This document shows, piece by piece, positions 40,701 through 52,700 of a DNA stretch of 64,000 bases. The position numbers were made by a program, and so were the translations under genes. This DNA comes from Lingula anatina (taxonomy: Eukaryota; Animalia; Brachiopoda). The notes under the pieces are model-generated. The model worked only from the letters and a program-made list of their open reading frames with translations. It made no database searches and was not told the origin of the DNA. Location: the NCBI GenBank assembly GCA_051362555.1, contig CM120640.1, positions 38,604,788 through 38,668,787 on the forward strand. Reading direction: 5' to 3'. Within the stretch, counting starts at the first letter, position 1. Each line of letters begins with the position of its first letter.

Positions 40701-43700
40701 CCATTACTATTATGGCATGTCACTTGTACCTAATGATTTCCAGATCTTCAGCTATGACATTATTGATATTCTTGCCATAAATGTCACCTCTTTTTATAAT
40801 GATTTTGCTCATCTGAATGTATTGCATAGTGACATTGCAATCAATTTTTATTTGCATTTGTACCAAAACACTCAAAACGTTCCCCAAGGTTTTGTTTGCT
40901 TAGATAACTGCTTGATCTGGCTGGGTTGCCAGTCAGCCTAATGTGTATTTTTATCATTTTCTTCATATAATGCAATATGGCAGTTAAACTCAAGATGGGG
41001 AAATCATCATTGAGCTACTGCAGCAAAGGCAGCAGAAGTGCATTGCTATAGTCGACTCTGGACAGCATGCTCTTGGAGAAAATGGGTTTTCAGTTGTATG
41101 AATAGGGCTCAAGTAACCAATTACCTCGATAAGAAAATAAAAAATTTAAAAACTAAGATTTTCAATTTCAAATCCATCAAAATTTTGTTTTAAACACATT
41201 ACAAATCGGTTCCAGTTGGAACAAAAATCTGCTATCAGCACTTGGCTGGAGCCAGATTACCCCTTCTCCTGATCTTTAATAAATCAGTGCTTACATTGTA
41301 AGCCACTTTGTTGGATTAAAGTATCAGCCCTTATCTCAGTTGTTTAAAGTTAGAATTAAGATATGCCACACAGGAGCACAACAGGAAACAAGTCCTCGTG
41401 TGGCAATGTAGCATTGGGCTTGGCTGACCACAAGGAATGACCAATACAATACTAAAAACAACTCATAATAACATAGCAGTCAGGCAAACTAATCTAAAAC
41501 CACAAACAATAGCTCGATAAACAACTATTTTTACCTGCTTCTCATTAATACATCTTACTCAGGCTGCTTTTCATTGGCTGACATTGAAACAATTAACTGA
41601 AATTCTGGTTTAAGCATAGTTTCCCACACTTTCAGCAGACTTAAATTAAGCAATTCTACTTTTAGAGCAATCACACCTTCTATTAGTTAAAAACAGATGA
41701 GATTAATTAGTGTAATATTTTTTGGGGGGGAGGTGGTGAACATAAAGGGAGTTGTTTGAATAAAATAATCCACACAGTAAAAAATTATTTTTTTCTGTAG
41801 TCTTTGGACACCTTATTTACTGCATGTTCAATTGTTGACTTACGTCACTTCCTTTACAACTAACATATTTCAAAAATTATTACATTAAAATTTTCTTCAA
41901 TACAGTGATTTCTGCATTAAACTGAAGATACAATCCACCATCAACTTTCAGGCTTCAGGCAAAAAAGGGGATGGGGTGAGGGGTTAGACTGAGATTTAGA
42001 TTAAATTGTTCTTATTAACTCTTGTTTACTGTAGAGGAAAATGCATCAGAAATTGCATCTACTCACTCCCTTTTAAAAGGAAGCACTGAATGACAAGCAG
42101 CAAATGCAAGTTGGGATTTGTTCTTTTCAGCTGGCATTTAAAATGTAACAGAATACAAACTGTATTATGAAGATAACACAGCAGCCCACATCTGATCACA
42201 ATCACACAAAGCCACTACAAAGTGCAAGTACAAATTGGGATTCAAACAGCAGATATAAAAGGCAAAGTGGCCTGTTCGGAGGCTGCTTGCATTTGAGCAT
42301 AATCGTATTAATACCACTGAAATTGTGGAAGAGTTCATACTGATTAAGCACCAGTGTCGAGAGAGTAAAAAATAACAAGATGAAATTTAAAGAAAATGAC
42401 CCTGATCTTATTAAAAGGATGTTTAAATATATGCCTAGGTTATATAAAATGAAATTTGGGGATCTGTTTTTTTTTCACAGCAATAAAGAAAAAATACAAA
42501 TGTTTTTCCAGAAAAAAATTCCAGATTGCAATATGCCATTTAGCTGTATAGGTAGCTTGGTCTTGTCTATAATCAAATGAGTGCTGTGGATGTTTCAGAA
42601 TCCAACATTTCTACAACATTACTGTGTTACAGATACCAAAAACACTAGAAGAAACTAACATGAAATCGTGAGAAATTGTTACTCTTCTAGGTGCCACAGA
42701 GGTTAAACAGTTTAGTGATAAACAGCAAATGTCAAGTTAAGTTATGTGGTTTCTGCAGGGGGAGAGTCTTGGAATCAGAAGAAAGAGAAAAAACTAATAT
42801 TCATATCTCTTACATGAAAACCGATACATTTTGTGACTTTCTCTGCTGTTCTTTTTTATTTCCGTGATGGGTTTTTGCAGTTGTTGCCCAAATCTCTGTA
42901 ACATCCACACTCCAAGAGGCAGCACCAAGCAGCTTCAGTAATGTATAATGCAAACAATCCTGACCACTTATCTCAACATACTTCTTATTAAGTACGGAGA
43001 CCTGCTGCTGGAAGCTGGTGTTTCACTCCCGCACAAAGAAAACAGGAGGTAAAAAAAAATTAACTTCAAAGTCAGAAGCATATACTCTCCCTGGACAGAT
43101 GCACAAACAACAGTAAAACAACTTCCAAACAACAACCCCTTTGATCCCCTTGTGGTCCTGGTTAAGGTAGAAAGCTGAAGGTTATGACAAGTATAGACCA
43201 CAAGAAATTGCACTTGCACAACTCCAAGGTAAAAAAGGTTACATAACAGCTTAAAGAAAACACATGAAAACCTCACGATTTTACCCAATATCTCAAGTAA
43301 CCAAGCAAACCTTTGCATGCCTAAGGGAGTAACGGAAATACATTTTATAGAAAACAATGGGGCAATTCCACCCCCTTCTAAACATCAAAGACTAGGGAGT
43401 GATAACCTTGATATCTGATAAATTCCAGTACTGATCAGTCAAAGGAAATGATGACGCTCGCAGACCTTTCCTAATACACACATTTTTACCCTCCTGAACC
43501 GTACAAAGAAACCTTTTATTCTTTTTTTCTGTCATGTCATTATATGACTGAGTGGGGGGTAGGAAAACATTGCTTCTGTTGTGATTTACATATAAACCAA
43601 TCTCATCTACCATCAATTAATGTGTGTGTTGTGATAGACCAGCAAATATAATGTTGTTAGTTTGAATAAGGCACATGAGAACAGCATGAAAGCTGCGACT

Positions 43701-46700
43701 TCAAAAGTTGACACAAATGTTACAAAAGTGTCAATGTCTCACCTGTTATGTTGGCCACAGGTGTCAACTTGCCATCTTTTGTCACAGTAGCCAGACCGTG
43801 TTTGGAGAGTTGCATAATGAGGCAGGACACTAGTTCATGTATACCACCACTGTCAATGGGGCAATCTACGAGGTGTGTGTTCTTTCTGCTTCCATAGTGT
43901 GCTTTTGCTAGCAATGGCCTGAAAGCACACAAGGATAAAAGTCAAATGTTCTAAACCTCCAAGTTAACCTTTATTACTGGCCTCTGGCTGTTTATGACCC
44001 AATGATATAACAGTATAGCACCAGCATAATTGTATAACTGTTCATAAAGTTATTACTGCAAAAAAAAAACATGAAAGAATATTTCATATGTATACGTGCA
44101 ACAAATAATGGGACATGTACTGATGATGGACTGAAATAGTAACAGTTTCCCTTACTTTACTATACATGTAGAAAATATTTTGTATTTGTGCATGAAACTG
44201 TCAAAAATTATAGAAATAATTCTAAAAATAGTCGATAATTCCACCTTGTTGCACACATATTCAACAAGAAATTGAATAATGGGAAAGAGTACATTAGAGA
44301 ATCTTAAGCAGAATGATATGCTATTCAAATGAACACAAACATACAAAACTAAGTGGACAGCTACAGTGAACCTTGAAATCCTAAATTTGTATTAATACTC
44401 TGGTTTCAAAATAAAAACATTCCTGAAGTAACCACTGAAAGCCCAATATATAGTAAGATCAAGTATAATTGAATTGAAGGTGATGGGTTGGAAAATTAAA
44501 GGTGGTGAGTTAAAATTTCACTGGACATTTTATTTGTCCATGTTCAAATGAAAATGTTAAAAGTTATCAAACCACTGCTAACTGGGCTTTGTGACTACAA
44601 TGTCAGTGCAAGCAAGTATGTAAGAAGAAGCATTCCTCTTTTCATCTGCTCTGAATGTTTTGATTGAACTACAGTTGTGTAGTTCACTGAACAACATAAG
44701 TTTAGTTGAATTCAGAACTGAACAGCGGAAGTACTTTATTCCCTTTTTCAAACTGAAACCAAATATTTTCGTCATTTGTGCTTGTGAGGGTTTGCCCTAC
44801 AGATTAAGTAATATATATAAAATGTACTCTTTGATATAGTGCACTCAAAGATATCATAACTATAACTTTAACAACTTTTTTCTTTTTTTTTTTTCGGGGG
44901 GGGGGGGGGGTCTATAGATTGACTGTAAATGTCAACACTTATAAGAAATGGACAACAATAAAATTCCAAAATGTATTTCAATAACATCCTTTATTACCAC
45001 TTTAAAATATCGGAAAGCTAAATTTTTTAAAATAAAATATGGATAAATCATTGATTTAAAACAAACAGGCCACTAGCTTAACAGCATCTTCAGATTTTCC
45101 AGACATAAATATTATACTGAACCAAATTATCTTAGTAACATCCCTACCTTGCAAACCAACACATGGTTTTCAAAGAAAGTTGTTTGAAATGTTCTCTTTT
45201 ATCTTCAAACCACTGGAGTTGGCAGCCCTGTGAGGACCACCATACTGTATGTAATTTAAAACAAAGAAAATGATTTGTTTGTTTTTCTAAAAAACTTACA
45301 CAAACAACCCCGTGGAGAGTGAGGTCTGGACGACATTTTCGACCACCTTCCGGGGGTCAGCTAAGCATCGCGGCGTAATCTTATGCAACTGATAAACAGA
45401 CATGAGTCAGCGGCCGTGCAGCAAAGGGCACTGACAGATTTCCATGCACTCCAGTTCAAAACAGTAGCGGCAGACATTTGTTCCAGCCAAAGCACCCCCA
45501 GCTTGACATGTGGAAAAAGAAAAAAATCATCCAGACTTGAAAGAATTCATGTAATAGCACATACACACACAAAGAAAAAAAGACTTTAGGACAGAGAACG
45601 TGAAAATGCTTTTCAAGTATTTGTACAACTGCTTTTGTGTGAATTCGACTATGCTGAACAATTTCTAAGCATAACGAAAGGTTCTGGTAAGACAATACAA
45701 AATAATTATACACAACTTGTTAAAGCTTGAAATAAAACTGAAGGCAGGCAGTCCATCTAGGTTTTTAGTTTGATTCTACCTTAAGGCGGAGTGCTTGAGG
45801 CTAGACCGCCCTCTAAAAGAAAATCTATTTTCCTAACAAAGAGGTGTGGCATAACAGCAGATCAAGATAGTAAAGTGCTGGTAATCGAAACAATAAGAAC
45901 CATTTTACACCTATACATATACAGATGTGATCTGCCAAGATTTTCTCACACCTTGGACAACTATCTTATGTCATGTGGCTTATAGTTCACATTGCCGCAG
46001 GGGATTCAGGCAAGTAACAATGGATATCTGTGTGGTCTTTGTTAAAGAATGACTTTTTTGGGTTACAAATAGCTAGGATACATGTGTGGCTGATAAAACT
46101 ACAATTCTGCAGCAATCAGCATGGGATAAGCTAAATCACTCAGGGAACCATAAAATTTTTAATTATAAATGTAAATAAGATGACATACTAAACTGGGAGT
46201 GGATTGAAGAAAAGAGACTGTTTGTAAAGGCTGTGCATCATTTAGTGATTTCTCATTATGCAACTACATTTACTGACCCCCCCCCCTTTTTTTTGAAAAA
46301 AAAATCACACACTGCATTTGTGTCTCAGGGAGTAAATGAAGCACCGAGGTATAGTACCACAACTTCTTTTCAGTGTGAGCAAGCAGGTTTACCACCTGGT
46401 TAAGAAATGAAGCTGCAAAGAATCAACACTGACTTTGTGTGACATGTTCCTTCAACTGACACTTACTACTGCAACGATTCTGAATGAAAGTGTAATCTTG
46501 CCTCAAGCACTTGTCAATTATAATACCTTTTAAAGCTTTACAGAATAAATTTAAAATTCAACACACAGATCAGTAAACATTCCATGGCAGATACAGACAT
46601 GCCTTTGGGGCATGGTGAAAATATGAAAGTTAAAGAAAAAGATACATAAAATCATGCATGCAGGGTCAACTAATTTGCTATGAATTTTCTGACTTTAAAA

Positions 46701-49700
46701 CAATCAATTAATTAAAAATTAACAGTTTTAAGAAAATAAAAGGTTTTTTTGTTTTGATCATTATCTTCTTTCTATATCAATATTTTTGTACCCACGGGGC
46801 TTCTGTGTCTTGTCTTAGGTGATACAGCATCCATCAAAGCTGTAAGGACAAATCGTAGGAGGGAGATAAGCAGATAATCATCTCTTTGATGGATCATTCT
46901 CCTCCCTCTTCCGGAAAAGGGTATCACTTGTTTGCCAAGGTCAATCTTCTGTTGTCTCTGCTTCCATCTTAGGATGTCACCATCACAAGATGTATCTGTA
47001 ACACACAAAAAGTATTTATAAAGAATGTGTCAATAAAACTGATAAGGCAGACACAAGAAGGAAAAAAAACTGAACAAGAAATACAAGACATCTCAAGAAT
47101 ATAATGCATAGGAACCTTAGCTGATAAATATGGTGGAATTAAAGAAAAGAATTCCTGACAAATATAAGAATAAAAAGCACATGAAATGTATATACCTATT
47201 AAATGAATATAAAGCACCTACAAACTGGAGACTCTGCTAGCATGTCTAACTGCAAGACATTATTGTACAAGGGTTCACTGCTCATGAACAGAAATCATGG
47301 CACTTAATTTTCAAATGAATAAGACCACTTGTGGTGAAATTACTGTAAATTGGGCAGTGAAATTTGTCAAAAATGAAGAATGATGTGAAAGATCTTGTTC
47401 AGCATAACTAAAATACTGCTCACCCATGCACACAGATGTGTATTCAACATTCTGACAGATGTCTGCCTCTCTCTATATCTTTCTCTGAGCAATTGTGCTA
47501 AAATTGTGACATTTTGTATTCAAATTTCAAATGCATAGATTAAGGGACATCACCTTGAAAAAATTCTATTGTGTGTAAAAAACTAAAAATTGCAAAAAAT
47601 TATTTGTTGTCCAACACTATTAACAATCAACCTACCTTTATTTCTAGAGACCTAAGTGACAACAAAATCCAAGTTATTGGAGATCAGACATTTATTGGAC
47701 TGGATGTCATGAAAAATCTGTAAGTATCTAGGAATAAAAAGGAACAAATATATAAATCATTTTTCAAATGCAATTATTTTTCAAATGCAAGAATGTTTTT
47801 TTTTTTTTTTGTATTTTTCAGCCTGTAGTCATACAGTAAACTTAAATACTATACTAGTATATAAATATACAGACAACTACCTGATAAGAATAGATTTATT
47901 AATTATTCACTTGATCTCCATGTTTTACATTTTTTCAATGATCCCCATGTTTTACAGCTGAGGCCCATGGAAATCCTGCATTTGTTTCACATATTCCATG
48001 TGTATGGCCCTATGCATGTAGGCACCATTGGTCTGTGTAGATAGATCCAACCCTGGAGGGATTTTCACTCAGTGCAATCAACTTACTAGTAACTGAATGA
48101 CACGCCTCCTCCTGGAGTTGAGTAAAATACAGAAAATCGAGTGCATAAGAAACAAGAGAAGGTGTGTCATTCAGTTAACTTGTTTTCACTCAGTGAATGT
48201 CCCCATAAAATTGGATCCATATACGCTGATCAATGGTGTCTATGAGGGTATTCAGAACAAGGTGATCCGCAGACTAACAGATCCACAGATCAAACATGGC
48301 AGACCCACTTGAAAGCAAGGCTGCCAATTCCTGTTGTGGTCTACCTGGCTCCACAGGCCCCACACTCCACCACTAAATGGATTAAATCTCAGCCCCCCGG
48401 GTTTAATTATGCTAGGTCCTTGTAGGGATGGCGTGTGTGGAGGTAGGGAGAGAGTCAGATCATCTGTTCTAAATGTGCTCTATGGGAATGGAGTCTAAAT
48501 CTCTGAAATGACTGGACGAAAGTTACCTCAATATTAAGCTCTTTGAATATGAAAACATACTTTTTTATTATCATTTTCAGGCAACTTGATAACAACCAAA
48601 TTACCTGCATTGCTGACAATGCATTCAAGGATATGACGGCTGTCGAGATTTTGTAAGTGTGCCGACATTCAACAATCTCAACAACTTACAAGCTCTCTTT
48701 TTTCCTTACCATCTTTACAAAACACAATATATTTTATTCTCCTTTTACACACAAAGTTCGTTGAAAGTAACTTCATTAAAAGCCTTTATTCTTCATAATC
48801 CAAAAGAAATGCAGGAAATCTAGAACTTACGCTTAACTGCTTCGCGTCACTTCACAATTTCATCAGTCACTGCATGTGTGTACATTTCTTGGGAATCTCC
48901 TTTTAATTTGAGGTTTAAATAAGTTGATCTGTTTGTTCATTTGGCTTAAATATATTTAAAGATAGAGGAGCTTTCTAAATAGATATGATAAAGTGACGTA
49001 GAGTTAAAAAATTTAATCCCGTTAAGAGTTTACTTATCTACATTTTTTATCCTCAATTTACCTTTTATCTATTACTTGAGACCTGTTATTTGACCTCATT
49101 TCATTTTCCTGGGGGGGGGGGGGGGGGGCATGAAGTTAGTTAAAGCATTTAGTTAAACAGTGATTTATAAGTGATTTTTGATTTATTTTCAGTACTTTAA
49201 ATAAGAACAACTTGACGACCCTGCCTAGAGATTTATTCGTGAAAATGAAGAAATTGAGAGTTGGGTAAGGTTAGATCTGCAATAATTCCAGAATTCGACC
49301 TCACACGCTAGTTTTATACTCGTAGCGATACGTGTAGGCTGTAATGAGTGAAAATGTTCATCACCAGATTAAAGAGATAAAAAAATTAACCCAGTTTTAG
49401 TGAAACAAACTCCCTACAAAAAATTAAAAAGAAAAAATGATCATTTATTCCCTTTTAGACGACTTGCTGATAATTTCTTGGTATGTGATTGTCACTTGGC
49501 ATGGTTGGCCAACTGGCTGCGATGGAATCCCAGGCTGGCATTGTTCACAAGGTGTCATTCTCCACAGCACTTGAAGAACAAAGAGATCGATGAACTTCAG
49601 GCTTCAGATTTCAAATGCAATGGTAATGATCTGTCGCATGAGCTACTCAATACTTGAAAAACATTTTATTAATCATAAGTTCTTCAAAATTTTTGTTTAA

Positions 49701-52700
49701 AGTCTTTTTATATTGGGGAATTTTGCAAACAGTCACTATGTTCACATATCTGATTTAAATATCTCTCAATCACTTAGAGGGATCTACTAGTACAAGTACA
49801 TATCATTAACCTGGTTGTCAACACATTTCTGTCAGAAGTATAGCTATTCATTAACTGAAACATACTTTTACTCTAAGACAGAAGCAAAAAAAGTATATTC
49901 TTTTCTTTATATAAAAGTGCAGTTAATATATTCTTTTCAATTAAGACAATAAAAATAATTTTGCAGGGATGGAGATTTCTTTGACCAGAACGTGCCAGCT
50001 ACCCGAGGACTCTGTGTGCCCAGACCAATGTGTCTGCACAGAAAGTATTGTGGACTGCAGAAATAAAGGGCTGAAGCAGATCCCAAATAATATCCCAGAA
50101 CATGTCACAGAACTGTAAGTGAAGGATATAAAAGTAATTTTTTTTATTCAGCCAGAATTGTAATTTAGTTTCATATTGGAGGACACATTTGAAACACAGG
50201 TCAAAACTTTTCAGCCAATTCACTAATCAAGGGCTTTTTCTGATGAACATGGTGGCTTCTGTTTCAAACATAAACTCTAACATAAGACTTATGTACAATT
50301 CTATCTTTATCTTAGTGTGATTGAAGAAGTAAAAATACTATTGTGTTCTAAGCTTTTAAGCAATTAATGTATAAAAATACTGCATTTCCCTATGCAAAAT
50401 AAACGGGTGGAGTAAGTTAATATGGGCACATGTATATGGTATATGCATTAATGCAAATGGGTACAGATCTTTTTTCTTTTGATATTGATGTGTTAATGAT
50501 GGAATTTAATCTCTGATGCATGATTAAATCTCTGACCAGAACAATTTTCATCTATTCAGATTTTGTGCCACATGGTTCATTGACACTTAAGTGCAGTGAG
50601 GCATAACTGGTCAGAATCCTGTCACTATTTGTTTTTTCTGTACCACCTTTGTTTATTTTTGTTCATTTCAGGCGACTTGAACACAACCACATTACAGGAA
50701 TTCCATCAAGAGCATTTGTTGATTTTAAGAAGTTGAGAAGGATGTGAGTTTTTCTTTTTAAATGTAATTTTCTCAAATCGAATCTTCTTTTCTTATATCT
50801 TCAAGTATTTAAAGTAGTATACTACAATAAAAAAGATTGGTTTTTTGAAAAATGTCAATTAATAGCTAAGAAAAGTTCCATGATTATGTACTGAAGTGAT
50901 CCAAACATGTAGAATTTAATCAAGAAACTATCCAATCACTTCCACCTGTACCACTCAGTTAAGGCACGTAATGTTTTGATTGGACTTAAGCTCTTTTATG
51001 CATGTTGAAAGGGACTGGATTTACCGCCAATTTCTTTTTATGAAAGAAAAGGGATCTATGTAAACACATGCTTGTTGGAGATTAAACATGTGCAAATTAA
51101 AGAAGTAGAATTATTTTTTTCATAAGGTCCAAACATGCATTAGATTATTGTCAAAACTAATATGTATGAATAAGAAAAGGAAAATATTTGTCCCACCTTG
51201 GCTTGAATTGATCTGTCAGTCCAATGGTCAGAGTGTGAACCTGGGAGGTGAGGATTTGTGGTTGAAATAAAAACTGAGAACAAAAAGAAAGAATTTTTAT
51301 CAGCCAACAGCCTTTGATGGCACAGCCCCGATGTCGCCAGCCTGCTTTATTGGATTGTTTTCAGAAATTAATAAAAGCATGAAACTGTTTCTGTGTTAGA
51401 AAAATATAACATTAGTGAGTAAATGTAAAAATATTTTGATTATGGTTTAGTATAAACTGATTTTACTCGTGGGATATTCAGTTCTAAAAATTATGATGAT
51501 TAAAGCAATGTCATGTCTTTCATGAGCTTTATTCTTTTTTTATTACAGTGACCTTAGTAATAACCAAATATCTCAATTGGCTGAGGATGCGTTCACTGGG
51601 CTTAAGTCACTCAACTCGCTGTAAGTAGTTAAACTCATTATCTTACAAAATGGCATGCAGATTTTTTTTATTATTTATATACTGGTAGGTATTTCAAACA
51701 ATTTTTTACCAATTACTTGGATGCAGATAGTATTTTCCTGGTGTATATTATACGATAAAAAGTGAAGAAGGGCCACCCACAATTGTCATAGAGTTAAACT
51801 TTTTGTCTCTGTTAATTACTCTTACACTTTATGATTAGCTTTCTCGTGACAGTGAGATTGATCAAATTTCTGATACTTTTTCAGTTGTTTATGTACCTGG
51901 TGCCAGTCAAACTATAGAGCAAACTGATAAGAAGCACAAAAAGTTTTGATAAGAAAAATATGGTTGACATTTTTTCTGACAAAAGTTCTATGCTGTGTCA
52001 ACTTTACACTGGCTCCACGCATATTCATTCATGTGGAAACAGAGATTGGTAACTTAAGATAACAAATTTTTGTAACAAATGGATATTGTAACCAACCCCT
52101 TTTCTCTCAAGTTGGTGACAATATGTGCTTCCCTTCTTGATTTGAAGACTCTACTCTCTTTATGCTAAATGGTTTGACATTTATGACATCTGTGTTTTGG
52201 TGTGGTATACTGTGAAATGGGGATATGTTACAGTTGATGAGAAATTTGATACTGCATAGACACAATCTAGTAGTTAGATCATTGTGTTTAATGACAGATG
52301 CATACTTTTGAAATATACTTTTTGGTATATTTATTGACTCAATTTAATCTTTTTCTTCTGATGTTTGGCAAAAATTATTAGGTTGTTGATATCTGCTACC
52401 TAACTTGACCCTTTTTTCAGGGCTACTGCACTTTAACAACTACTTTTAATTATTCAACACCAAACATTTACATTCATTTTCTTCACAGCTACTTTTTTTG
52501 CTAAAGTTTATTGATGTGAAAAAATACCAAACGTTTTAAGTATGCCGATCTGATGTGGTTAAGCCTGTGCATATACTTCTAAAATGAAACAGATATTGCA
52601 CTACATAACTGAAAATGTCAAATATCTGATTTATTTGAATTAAAATTCCATAACGTCATTAGGCTGTGTATTCAGAATCCGTGACAGTTTAAAAGATCTA

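Noticed and set aside
33286-43320. Other minus-strand exon-like segments (e.g. near 43320, 42895-42814, 42085-42067, 40056-39939, 37176-37150, 33325-33286)
   Set aside because: Splice-like ends are present, but the sites are weaker or the frame is ambiguous. They cannot be told from chance without transcript data.
43743-43918. Nested gene as a RhoGAP/ARHGAP19 (a neighbour of human SLIT1) or as LCOR/LCORL
   Set aside because: [23 protein letters not shown] only loosely recalls the first RhoGAP helix, and no EG[IL]FR arginine-finger motif was found. No long exon or pipsqueak HTH was found for LCOR. Left unassigned.
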